Positions 1-11,255 of a stretch of 64,000 nt of DNA are shown one piece after another. Each line of letters starts with the position of its first letter. Positions within the stretch are counted from its first letter, which is position 1. The notes beneath the pieces were generated by a model. The model ran no database searches. It saw only the letters and a list, made by a program, of their open reading frames with translations, and was not told the origin of the DNA. The stretch comes from Octopus sinensis. Lineage: Eukaryota. Position numbers and translations under genes: made by a program. Location of the stretch: positions 23,250,001-23,314,000 of the forward strand of contig NC_043015.1 of assembly GCF_006345805.1 (NCBI RefSeq), in the 5' to 3' direction.

Positions 1-213
1 TATATAATTCTAGACAATTTAGATACATAGAAATGTACGATGTCAAAAACGGCTAGGTACAATAATATGCAACTCAAAATGATGCAAAATAAACAAAAGA
101 CAGCAGATTTCTGTTTTTTATTGTAGATATGTAAGTACTACATCCTACTAAAGCCGTAGATCCGACTCAGGGCTGGTTGTAGACGCGTCAGAGTTGTGAA
201 AATGAAAAAAAAC

Positions 214-293
214 TTACAATAGCTGTTTCAGTAGAATGATATTGATGTATTCACAGATTACATCATAGCATAAAATCAACTATCGTCAGGTAA
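214..293 (-). ncRNA. Degenerate type I hammerhead ribozyme motif
   Basis: Minus strand reads ttac-CTGACGA-(imperfect stem II)-GAAAC-agct-ATT-gtaa. Stem I is ttac/gtaa. Stem III looks like palindromic ACAGCTGT with one G>A change. Confidence 0.55.
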
Positions 294-396
294 AATGTTA
301 TCATGTATAAACAGATGATACCTTGATGATAGCGAATCAAACCAACACTTTTGTATAGATGGCATTAAAAAAAAACTTTCAAATTTCTAGATAATT

Positions 397-687
397 AGTG
401 CGGGAAATCACTATATAGGTCAAACAAGAATGTCTCTCCGCTGAAGAACAAATCTTCACAAAGAAAAAAACAAATCAGCTACCCACAATATAGTCAGTGA
501 GCACATACAAAGATGTGCTAGGAACCTTAAACCGAACTTCTTAAGTTTCCCTTCCTATCGATGTTCACAGAACACCTCAGTAGAGCAAATATTAAATGAA
601 GAAGCAACTTTCATTAATAGATATTCACAACTCAACATGAACTCGCAACTTGATACAGGACACTACAATCCTTACGAATACCAATAA
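397..687 (+). pseudogene. Penelope-like element GIY-YIG endonuclease C-terminal relic
   Basis: Manual translation: SAGNHYIGQTRMSLR*RTNLHKEKNKSATHNIVSEHIQRCARNLKPNFLSFPSYRCSQNTSVEQILNEEATFINRYSQLN. It has the YIGQT-x3-LRxRxxxH motif, VSEHIxxC and ExxFIxxY..LN typical of PLE GIY-YIG domains. In-frame TGA at 442-444. Confidence 0.7.
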
Positions 688-1213
688 TGACACTAATCTC
701 CATACATTCCATACACCATTCATATTCCAGTAATTATATCCACCTTAATTGCATCACTTCCAGGACGGCTTACCTCCCTTGAATGTAATATTTTCACTCA
801 AGTATTATTAGACTCAACATCGTCTAGAAATCGGTGTTCATTCAAAGTCAGTGATCAGCTCTAAAGATACCGGTATGATTTTGAATCTCTATAATGATCT
901 TTATACTTCATAATTCCATATCAAATCATTTAACTGAATGTATATATCTTTGCTATTCTTAAAAAAAGCTTTTATTTTTTAAAATCTAATGTGAATTTTC
1001 TTTGTTTGCTTTTTACTTTCCATTATTTATACCACGTGTAGTCGTTTTCATTGAAACATATTTCTATTGTATACAAAACATATATATATGTATGTATGTA
1101 TGTGTGTGTGTGTGTGTTTATGTGTGTGCTTGTGTGAGTGCGTATGTATGTACTGAGTTCGCTTCCCTGCGTGCATGTACATGTATACTCGTGTTTCCAT
1201 ATATGTATATAGT

Positions 1214-1316
<103 letters not shown>

Positions 1317-1317
1317 G

Positions 1318-1340
<23 letters not shown>

Positions 1341-1351
<11 letters not shown>

Positions 1352-2229
1352 AAGGACAACTACTTAATAAGGAAAACTTAACAAGAAATTGTCAGGTAGA
1401 TAGCGTAAAAACCTCATAAGAGAAAAAATTTCGAAAATAATTATTTCTTATTGAACATATTAATTTATATATAGAGGGCATAATTATACATACATGCCAG
1501 GAGGCATTATATATACCTGCCAAACGCTAAGAGGGACAATCAGTCATTTCTACCAAAAATATTACTAATCCCACCGAATGCAATTTTTCAAAGTAAGACA
1601 TTTAAGATGTTTTTAAATGTCTTACTTTGAAAAATTGCATTCGGTGGGATTAGTAATATTTTTGGTAGAAATGACTGATTGTCCCTCTTAGCGTTTGGCA
1701 GGTATATATAATGCCTCCTGGCATGTATGTATAATTATGCCCTCTATATATAAATTAATATGTTCAATAAGAAATAATTATTTTCGAAATTTTTTCTCTT
1801 ATGAGGTTTTTACGCTATCTACCTGACAATTTCTTGTTAAGTTTTCCTTATTAAGTAGTTGTCCTTAATTGCAAAATTTTTATTCCGAAAAAACTTTTCC
1901 TCTCCCGAAATGCAATTTTGTAAAAGTTTGCCATTCACCCGGATGTAATATATATAAACTCACCCATGTGCTTCGTTGATGTTGATCAGTTAGCTGTTCG
2001 GCTTAAGTGAGGCAGGGTTGTTGTTTATTTATAATACATTCAGGCCTGCTGATGATTACGTAAGTATGAAATCACTGTGATACAGGCCTATATATTTTTA
2101 AATGTCTTACTTTGAAAAATTGCATTCGGTGGGATTAGTAATATTTTTGGTAGAAATGACTGATTGTCCCTCTTAGCGTTTGGCAGGTATATATAATGCC
2201 TCCTGGCATGTATGTATAATTATGCCCTC

Positions 2230-2240
<11 letters not shown>
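1341..2240. mobile_element. Fold-back hammerhead-bearing unit (PLE pLTR/retrozyme-like), 485-bp monomer
   Basis: Apparently perfect inverted arms 1341-1605 and 1613-1877 with a 7-nt spacer (gatgttt). 2096-2240 directly repeats 1611-1755 (period 485). A hammerhead lies at 2042-2089 and both ends abut (TA)n. Confidence 0.75.
2042..2089 (+). ncRNA. Type I hammerhead ribozyme motif
   Basis: aggcctg-CTGATGA-ttac[gtaa]gtat-GAAAT-cactgtg-ATA-caggcct. Stem I is 7 bp. Stem II has a GTAA tetraloop but a U-U at its base. Stem III ATCAC(T)GTGAT is quasi-palindromic. Predicted cleavage after 2082. Confidence 0.75.
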
Positions 2241-2274
<34 letters not shown>

Positions 2275-2354
2275 AAGAGATGGGGAAACAGCGAGGGATA
2301 TAGATATATACATATATATATATATATATATGCATGTATATATAAGTAGATATA

Positions 2355-3620
2355 CAGGGTAGGGAAGCAAAATTTACAATGAACGTTAAGTTGTTTTTCT
2401 CAGCAGGAACTAAGTCAATTGTTTTGGAACCTAGCATATATTGATGCCTTACCTTTTCAGAAACGTTTGCCCATATGATTAATCAGAAAGGCAAACGTCA
2501 AAGAGTGTGTGATTTGCTGAATGCACGCGTCACACAAAAGGAGATTTCAAGAATAGTTGGAGTGTGCATAAAGAATGTTTATAACGTAAAGAATAGAATG
2601 ACTATGAGCAAAACTATTACGAGGAAGTTTGGAAGTGTGGGAATCAAAAAAAAATGTACCAAAGATTTTATTAAAGCTCTCAAATACCAAATCATAAGGG
2701 ATCCAGCCAAATCCACGAGGAAAATGGCAATTGAACATGAGGTAAACAACAAGACCATTACAAATGCAGTAAAATATGATTTGAGGTTAAAATCTTACAC
2801 AAGAACACCAAAACACTTGTTGACAACAGCTATGAAGGAAAAGAGATTGGAAAGATGCAATAAATTTTTTACATGGTTCAAGAAAAAGTCCCCCCGTTGT
2901 AATGACCTTCTCAGATGAAAAGATCTTCACTGTCGATACTGTTCTGAACCGCAGAAATGACAGATCTATCGCCAAATTGACAGATGAATTTAAGGGGAAG
3001 ATTCAAAACAAAACATCTTCCTCAAGTTATGGACTTTTGGTGTTGTGGCTTCCGATGGAAGGAAAATGTTTATAGAATTCTACAAAGCTGATGAAAAGAT
3101 CAATGTTAATACTTACTACAAGACTCTGAGATACCAGGTATTGTCATGGCTTAAAGCAAACTACCCAGATGGTAATTATGTTTGGACACAGGATGGTGCT
3201 CCAGCCCGCACAGCTAGAAAAATACAAGATATCTGTAAATCCAACTTTAGCAATTTTTTAAAATCATGTTTATGGCCGCCTTCTAGCCCAGATCTAAACC
3301 CTCTGGATTATGCTATTTGGGGTGTTTAGAACATGCTACCAATAGAACATCACGCAGCAGTGTCGACTCTCTTAAAGATACTATTAAAGGAGAATGGAAG
3401 AAGTTGTCTCCCGAACATTTGAGGAACACTTGTGAAAGCTTCAGGAAGCGTGTGAAGGCAGTTATTGAGAAAGAAGGAGGACAAATAGAATAAAAACATT
3501 TTCTATTATGTGAATTTTCTTCTGGCGAATAAATTCTCATGACTTTCAATAAACTAATTGATCATACACTGTCTTTGAATCCCTGCCTCAAAATATTGTA
3601 AATGTTGCTTCCCCACCGTG
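2355..3620 (+). mobile_element. Tc1/mariner DNA transposon, DD37D (maT-type), full length, defective
   Basis: 26-bp TIRs CAGGGTAGGGAAGCAAAATTTACAAT and (reverse complement) CACGGTGGGGAAGCAACATTTACAAT, flanked by TA on both sides. Length is 1266 bp and it contains transposase fragments. Confidence 0.92.
2475..3492 (+). pseudogene. Frameshifted DD37D transposase
   Basis: N-terminal HTH-like ORF at 2475-2918. FSDEKIFTVD lies in a shifted frame near 2908. WTQDGAPA...WPPSSPDLNPLDY in ORF 3045-3329 has 37 residues between the second and third Asp. Several frameshifts. Confidence 0.88.
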
Positions 3621-3650
3621 TATATGTGTGCATATATATGTATATATAAT

Positions 3651-3709
<59 letters not shown>

Positions 3710-5033
3710 TGTTGTTCTTATCTTATTGTTCCTCGTATTGTTATTATTATCATTATCATTACTATCCCCTTTCATCTTCATCATCAGCAACATTATCATA
3801 ATACCTCATCATCATCGTCATTATTGTTGTAACTGAGCAGCCATATAAATGATTGAAGTGAAATCTTTTTCGTATTAATATACTCATATTAATACTGCTA
3901 TAGTTTAGAGAATCTGCACGAAAATCTCGACGTTTGAATCACAAATGTAAATTCTTTCTCATAAATTATGACATAGAGAAGCACTGTCTCTCCTATGTTA
4001 AGGCTTATTTCTCATGTATGTAAAGGCAGTACTGCATATAAGTGTCCGTATACCTGTGTGTGCGTATGTGTGTTTGTTTCAGTGTCTGGGTGTATTTGTT
4101 TATTTTCATGTCTGTCCGTGTTTGCTTTTAATATTCAATGTATTTGTGTTTGTTCTCGGATGTGTATACTTATATCATTGAGCCTTTTTCTTCATTGACA
4201 TTTCATGCTACTCCATAATTTTGTCTCTCTTACGATAAGTTGACCTTTGTTGAATATAAAATATTGATTTCTAAATTTGGTATTTGATATCTGATTTACT
4301 GTCAACATAAAAGATTTCGTGTTACGTTTTTCCTTTTATGAAAGCTAAACACAAATTAAATGAAGTTTGTTCCAAAGAATAAATGCTATGACCTGAAGCA
4401 TATAAATTGGCAGACGTAACATCGCGCCCGTCTTTGTTGCTGGCAACTTTGTTTAAACGAAAATATTAAAATTTAAGTTAACCAATTCTGACTAATTATG
4501 TAAAGCTACGCCCCCAAACTAGCAATGCTTATTCTATCATTTTCGTAAGCGACTTGGTGAATACATGCCATAATGTTTTTTGCATCTAACAAACTCGACA
4601 AAGACTTCTAAATACATCCACGTATTTAAAGACAGAATGATAGTCAGTAGCTACTCAAAATAAAATTAGAGACTCGTGTTCCAATTTCATGTATTGCTAT
4701 TCCTTTGTAACTCATTATAAGTTAGAACTTATGAAAATCAGTGTGTTTCGGCTAGGGCTAGCCGTGGTTGAACCGATATAGAATCACAGTGGTTTTAGTC
4801 ATGACCATCTCGTTTGTCGGATATACATCTCATATTAAATCTGGGATGAATACCACCTTTTATTTCTTTATTCAGTCAGGTGCGAAATGTTGTCATCGAT
4901 TTGGTTGTTAAGATTAGAAAATCTGTTGATCATCTGAAAGCATCCCCATTGGTCTCTAATATTTCTAGGCTAAAATACACAGTCAAAATACAATAGAATT
5001 TCAATGTATGTATGTATATATATATATATATAT

Positions 5034-5305
5034 ACTCACTAGAAAAGGCAGCCAAACTCAAACCGCTAAACAGTTGTAATTCTGAAATTGAAAGAGAAAT
5101 AAAAACGTTTTTATCTCTCTTTCAATTTCAGAATTACAACTGTTTAGCGGTTTGAGTTTGGCTGCCCTTTCTAGTGAGTCGAATGTCCTATTATGGCCAT
5201 TCCTTATATTGTTGAATGTATATTATATAGTCTTTGACTAGCTTTTCTTTCTCGCAAGACTCCTGGTAGCGGAGAACTTTTTGCTACCTTTATATTTATT
5301 AATAT
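5034..5305. mobile_element. Short fold-back, diverged relative of the 490-bp unit at 41304-42450
   Basis: ~73-bp arms 5034-5106 and 5107-5179 with no spacer (centre aaaaacgttttt). The right arm continues with cctattatggcc and a ggtagc...gctacc hairpin, resembling 42280-42450. TA-rich flanks. Confidence 0.65.
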
Positions 5306-5503
5306 ATATATATATATATTTGAGTAGTTGAATGAATTATCTTGTTATGGATAATTCGATTAACTGATACCTGGGTGGCAAATGCACATCAGAGAAGACA
5401 CGGTTGAAGTTACGTGCTTTCGTGTGGAAATTTGCATGTTTTTTTTTTAAATATAAATATATGAAAGAATGGAGTTGAACGACGAATTAACAAAATTCCT
5501 TTA

Positions 5504-5586
5504 TTTTCGACATATGTTTCGAAGGCTGCATATTCCTAATTGCGAAGGAATAAGGAGTATATTATGCCGCTTTCTCATCAGGAAAA
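5504..5586 (-). ncRNA. Canonical minimal type I hammerhead ribozyme
   Basis: ttttc-CTGATGA-gaaagcggcata...tatgcagccttc-GAAAC-atat-GTC-gaaaa. All core nucleotides are intact and stem III ACATATGT is palindromic. Confidence 0.88.
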
Positions 5587-6873
5587 GCAAGGAATTTATG
5601 TCAACATCAAGATGCACAAAATACTTTTAGATGACTGTTCACACGAAGCCCATAGTGGTAATGAGTGTCTCTTTAAAATATTCCTTTGTAAGGAGTGACG
5701 TCAAAATGGTTGGCTGTAAAAGATTCTAGAAGGTTCTAAAGGTTCAAGGGTTCAAACGAAGTAGTAGAAGAGAGGCATAAGAAATGGAAGGTGAAAGGGT
5801 GCAGGTCAAATGAATGGTGAATTTTCTTTTGTGAATGAGTGTCTGTATGTGTGACTGTATATAACTGCATTAATGTGTATGTGTGTATGTGTGTACGTGA
5901 TTGTGTTTGTGGATGGGTGGATGTCAGAAAACAGACAGTGGTGAGGTGAACGGTTTGTGTCTGTGTGTTTGATTGTGCTTACTATAGATAGAGGGAAAGA
6001 GAGAGAGAAAGAGAGAGAAAGAGGAAGGCGAGGTATAGGGACAAAGGTAACACATACCTCACTGGATTGGGCAGTAGTTCTTTGAAAGTATAAGAAGATT
6101 TATTTGACTATGGGGGTGAAATATTAAAAAAAAAGAGTTATATTAATTAAAATTCAAGGGGCTATCTATATTAATCATTATTCAAATGAGTGAAAGGTGT
6201 ATTTTTGCCAGTGCATGCATCTGTAGGACCTCTCGACGATTGTATTTATTAAAGCGACTTTGGCGAACAAAATATGAAAAAGTTCGGAATTTACAGACGC
6301 CACAATGTTTTCTGCCCTTATCAAACGGGAAGGACACCGACAATATAGACCATTCCAGTCAAATAAATCTTTTTATATTTTCAAAGAACTACTACCCAAT
6401 CCAGTGAGGTATGTGTTACCTTTGTCCCTATACCTCGCCCTCCTCTTTCTCTCTCTTTCTCTCTCTCTTTCCCTCTATCTATAGTAAGCACAATCAAACA
6501 CACAGACACAAACCGTTCACCTCACCACTGTCTGTTTTCTGACATCCACCCATCCACAAACACAATCACGTACACACATACACACATTAATGCAGTTATA
6601 CACAGTCACATACACAGACACTCATTCACAAAAGAAAATTCACCATTCATTTGACCTGCACTCTTTCACCTTCCTATTCTTATGCCTCTCTTCTACTACT
6701 TCGTTTGAACCCTTGAACCTTTAGAACCTTCTAGAATCTTCTACAGCCAACCATTTTGACGTCACTCCTTACAAAAGAATATTTTAAAGAGACACTCATT
6801 ATCACTATGGGCTTCGTGTGAGCAGTCATCAAAAAGTTTTTTGTGCATCTTGATGTTGACATAAATTCCTTGC

Positions 6874-6955
6874 TTTTCCTGATGAGAAAGCGGCATAATA
6901 TACTCCTTATTCCTTCGCAATTAGGAATATGCAGCCTTCGAACATATGTCGAAAA
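6874..6955 (+). ncRNA. Hammerhead copy with one core A deleted
   Basis: Same sequence as the 5504-5586 motif, but it reads ttcGAACatatGTC (GAAA>GAA). Confidence 0.75.
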
Positions 6956-6992
6956 TAAAGGAATTTTGTTAATTCGTCGTTCAACTCCATTC

Positions 6993-7081
<89 letters not shown>

Positions 7082-8876
7082 AAATAAATATAAATATGTG
7101 TGTGTGCATTTTTACTCTCATATGGAAAGATAGAACTTGGTTCCTAAGATAGGTTTCATAGGTTAAGACTAATAGCCAATCAGTGCAGGTGTGGATGTGG
7201 ATAAACTGGATGGTGTTATTGCTGCTGAGGCGCAGAACCTGCCTGTGCAGAGTATATCCTGCTACAGATATTGAAAATACAAAATGAGAACAGATCATGT
7301 CGGTTTATTAAAATCATTACATGGTGGGAAATATATTGTCAACAGATATATCATCGCACGTTTTCCTCCTTTAAATAGAGATATCTTTTGCAAAACTGAT
7401 ATCTTTTTAAAAGTATTTGAATAGCGCTTCATAATATTAACGTTGTATTATTGTTTTATTTATTATAGAATTACTAAAAACGATACTGAATATTTAAAAT
7501 ATCGGTTCTGTACTATATATGTATTTCTACTAAATGTTTAGATTCATAGAAACTTACAATTTTTGTGCAATGGAGTTTGTCTTTTGGCCGAGTTCCTAAT
7601 AATGCGAACCCCATCACCAGAACTTAAGAAATGTCTATTCGTACTAAAATTAACAATGAACACTAAGTATTTTACGTTTATGAGTTTCAGTTTCAAGATT
7701 CCTGATGTGAAATTGTTATATTTGGAGAAAGTCTTTTTTTGTGCCAAATAAACAGATGTACGATAATATCATTCTTTACTCGTTTATTAAATATTTTATT
7801 TAGCGTCTATTTTCCGAAAACCTTTTGTCACACATCTGTTTCCCCTTCAGCGTCACTTTCCGTTTTCCTGCATTTTCCCGCTTCACTTAGTCCATTCTAA
7901 ATATTGATTATTCAAAAATTTATATCCATGTTATTATTAATACACTCATTTAATACATATACATCATTGAAATATAAATCCGGTGAATTCCGAAAAATAT
8001 TATAAAAATTAAAAAATGACATTACAGTGAATGAACATTGAGGTAAAATTAAACAGGTTACATCGCAATTTGATGGGTAAATAATTTGTAATATGCATAT
8101 AATTTGAAACAGTTGATTACATCAAGTAATTAATGCTTCGGCTGAAACCTGGAGGGATTTAATGCCAAAATATGCCAAGGCTGGACTCTAACACAGGAAT
8201 AAGAGCAACATATGCGTATAGAAGAGAGTATTTTGTTCGATGTTCTAATTCATTTCCTGCAAGATGAAGAAAAGAAAGCACAGTTTAAATAAATCCATTA
8301 ACTTTTGTTTATCTATAGTCATAAGCTCTATGCAATAGGAATGACTTATAATGATATAATTCATTCAGATGAAGTAGCTAATGCTTTATTTAATGTATAT
8401 AAATTACTTAAGAATTACTTAGTCAACAATCATTAGACAAATCACAATGCGCGAGATTTCATTTCAATAAGAAAACTTAAGAAATTGTCGTCATGTCGCC
8501 ATAGATTATATTATTAAGTAGGAATGCAATGTTATGCAATGTTTGGCAATGCATTGATAACAACTTTGTCTTTGCATATCTCGCACTTTCTCTCTGTTTC
8601 TCGAACAATGCCAGTATTTACAATGTAATATGGTGTACTCATATATGCACACATACGCATGCATGCAAAAGAACAACGCGCGCACATAATACACACACAC
8701 AAAAGTACACACAAACGCATGCACTCTTTTGCACAGGCATATGTATATATATATATATATATATATATCCATAGTTACATATAGAAATAGACAAATAGCT
8801 AGATACATAGATAAATAAGTACATTTATAGGTTGCTAGAAAGATATATTCACGTATGCATGTGCATGAATAAATAA

Positions 8877-8914
<38 letters not shown>

Positions 8915-8915
8915 C

Positions 8916-8999
<84 letters not shown>

Positions 9000-9066
9000 G
9001 CATATACATATATCATATATATATATATATATACCCAAAATAAGCAACAAGGATATCCAAGGTACT

Positions 9067-9152
9067 GTAGTACAATCGTTTCATGCTACTTCATTTTATT
9101 AAACACTGTAAGTATTACATTAGTTTTAAAATGTCGAGCATGCTTCAGCCAC
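9067..9152 (-). ncRNA. Type I hammerhead, A9>C variant
   Basis: gtgg-CTGAAGC-atgct...agcat-GAAAC-gatt-GTA-ctac. Confidence 0.7.
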
Positions 9153-9235
9153 ATATATAATTTTTTAATTAAACGGACAATGCACATTTTTATACTTATT
9201 GAAAGGAGTATAAAAATGTGCATTGTCCATTATAT

Positions 9236-9321
9236 GTGGCTGAAGATTGCTCGACATTTTAAAACTGATGTAATACTCACAGTGTTTAATAAGATGAAGT
9301 AGTATGAAACGATTGTACTAC
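9236..9321 (+). ncRNA. Type I hammerhead, stem II base mismatch
   Basis: gtgg-CTGAAGA-ttgct...agtat-GAAAC-gatt-GTA-ctac. Confidence 0.72.
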
Positions 9322-9650
9322 ACTACCTTGGATATCCTTGTTGCTTATTTTGATTATAATCACCCCCTTTGATTATATGGATAATACCATACCAAATTCT
9401 ACAGTTTTTACCTTACGTACCATATTCACCTGAATCTAAATTTTGCTGTATATATATATATAAATGCTCTAATATCCATACCACCTTGGTTTTTTAATTT
9501 CATTAGACAAAAAATTCATATATATATATATATACATATATACATATGTGTGTGTGTATATATATATTATATATATATATATATATATATGCTCTAATAT
9601 CCATACCACTTTGGTTTTTTAATTTTTTTAATCTCATTACACAAAAATTC

Positions 9651-9682
<32 letters not shown>

Positions 9683-9750
9683 GAATTTTTTTGTGTAATA
9701 AGATTAAAAAACCAAGGTGGTATAGATATTAGAGCATTTATAGAGAGAAT

Positions 9751-9805
9751 GTTTTACAGATATTTCTAGAATATTAATTAATAATAATATCCCTTCATCG
9801 GAAAC
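9751..9805 (-). ncRNA. Hammerhead-like motif (U4>C)
   Basis: gttt-CCGATGA-a-gggatatt...aatattct-a-GAAAT-atct-GTA-aaac. Confidence 0.6.
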
Positions 9806-9981
9806 GGTGTGAGAGGAAAAGTTAAGTTATAGTTTCGATGTGATATAAATAGAGAGTGACGTAGAGGAAAGAAAATAGACGTAAGATATAACACTACATA
9901 TCTTACATCTATTTCCTTTCCTCCATCTCACTCTCTATTTATATCACATCGAAACTATAACTTAACTTTTCCTCTCACACC

Positions 9982-10045
9982 GTCTCCGATGAAGGGATAT
10001 TATTATTAATTTTATTAATTAATATTCTAGAAACACCTGTAAGAC
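9982..10045 (+). ncRNA. Hammerhead-like motif (U4>C)
   Basis: gtct-CCGATGA-a-gggatatt...aatattct-a-GAAAC-acct-GTA-agac. Stem I gtct/agac covaries with gttt/aaac of the other arm. Confidence 0.62.
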
Positions 10046-11096
10046 ATTCTATCTATAAATGCTCTAATATCTATACCACCTTGTTTTTTTATCTCATTAC
10101 ACAAACAATTTATATATACACGCGCTGACATAGAACCAACATTGAACCCTTTATTCGCAATATTACCGAATCTGGAACGTAACTATGGTCTGTCTATAGC
10201 ACTTATTCAGCATTACCTGACACCTTTGGGTCTCAATGACACCATTATCTCTTATAATCTCAACTTCTCGCTATATATATATATATAAAGAGAGAGACAC
10301 ACACAGATAGATAGGAATACAGATGAGCATATTTTAAGTTTATAAATATGCGTTCCCATGATCTAAATCTTCTGCAAATTCACCAGTTATTTACAATATC
10401 TATGTGCACTCGTGTGCCTGAGCTTATGTGCGCCTACGTGTATATGCTTATCTGTGTGTTTGTGTGTGTGTATATTTAAAAGTGTACAAGTGTGTATGTG
10501 TATATACTGCAACATGTCACTCGGTTAAAAAAATGGATTGACATAGAATCGCATATCTGCGCCTGATACAGTTAACTATGAGAGCTGAACTTCCAGAATA
10601 TACAATATTGGAAACAAATTCCTGTGTATTTGGTAAATTCTGAAAGGGATTTATGCCCTTAAAATGTAAAGAAATATGACTTAAATGTTATGTAAACATC
10701 TCCAAAGACACATTAAAGATCCATTATTACCCTTCTAACATTCAAACTAAAATAACGTACAAAACGATAAGAATATTAACCTCGATAGATGTACAATAGT
10801 GACAATAGTTTTCTATTGGCCCATATGGCAGAGATATGTTCAAGAATCAAGACCGAGGAAAATTATGCAAGTTATGGGGCAAAACTTGTGACAATAGATT
10901 TTAGTTGTTGCAGATTTGATGAATTATAATCAATAATGAAGAAACAACATTCTACTGAAAAGTGAATAAACAGAATATAGTCAGTGATCATATTTCAAAT
11001 TCTAAAAACGCTAAAATTAGGCAGAGCGTGCAAAATTATTATAATCGAAATGCAGCAATATCACTGTCAAGTGGATCATATTACTAAAGATAAATA

Positions 11097-11255
11097 AGGC
11101 GGCCAACTGGTAGAATGCTTAAGAAAATGCTTAGCGGTATTTTGGCCATCTCTAGTTTTGGATCTCAAATTCCGCCAGGATCGACATTATCTCCTTTGGT
11201 TTAAGAGTCGATAAAATAATTTCCAGTTAAGCTCTGGTGTCGATATAATTTACTT
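11097..11255 (+). mobile_element. Degenerate tRNA-derived SINE (family 1)
   Basis: Contains aaatgcttagcggtattt...caaattccgcc...gtcgataaa...ggtgtcgatataat, shared with 34372-34685. Confidence 0.6.

Larger units (their letters stand above)
5457..7002. mobile_element. Long fold-back (650-bp arms) with terminal hammerheads, PLE pLTR-like
   Basis: Arms ~5457-6109 and ~6357-7002 are highly similar with a ~247-bp spacer. Each arm carries a hammerhead ~50 nt from its outer end. The right end runs into (TA)n. Confidence 0.8.
9037..9447. mobile_element. Fold-back with a hammerhead in each arm
   Basis: Arms ~9037-9196 and 9207-9351 (about 90% similar by eye, 10-nt spacer). The right side extends to (TA)n at ~9447. 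Confidence 0.75.
9461..10112. mobile_element. Fold-back (210-bp arms) with hammerhead-like motifs plus two extra copies of its terminal ~60 bp
   Basis: Arms 9681-9889 and 9898-10112 with an 8-nt spacer. The terminal segment aatgctctaatat...caccttg...cattacacaaa is repeated at ~9461-9520 and ~9588-9652 between (TA)n tracts. Confidence 0.72.

Noticed and set aside
7130-7640. Possible minus-strand exons (GTAAGT donor near 7558, TAG/CAG acceptor near 7262)
   Set aside because: Splice-like signals are present, but no frame gives a recognisable protein. It cannot be supported without RNA-seq.
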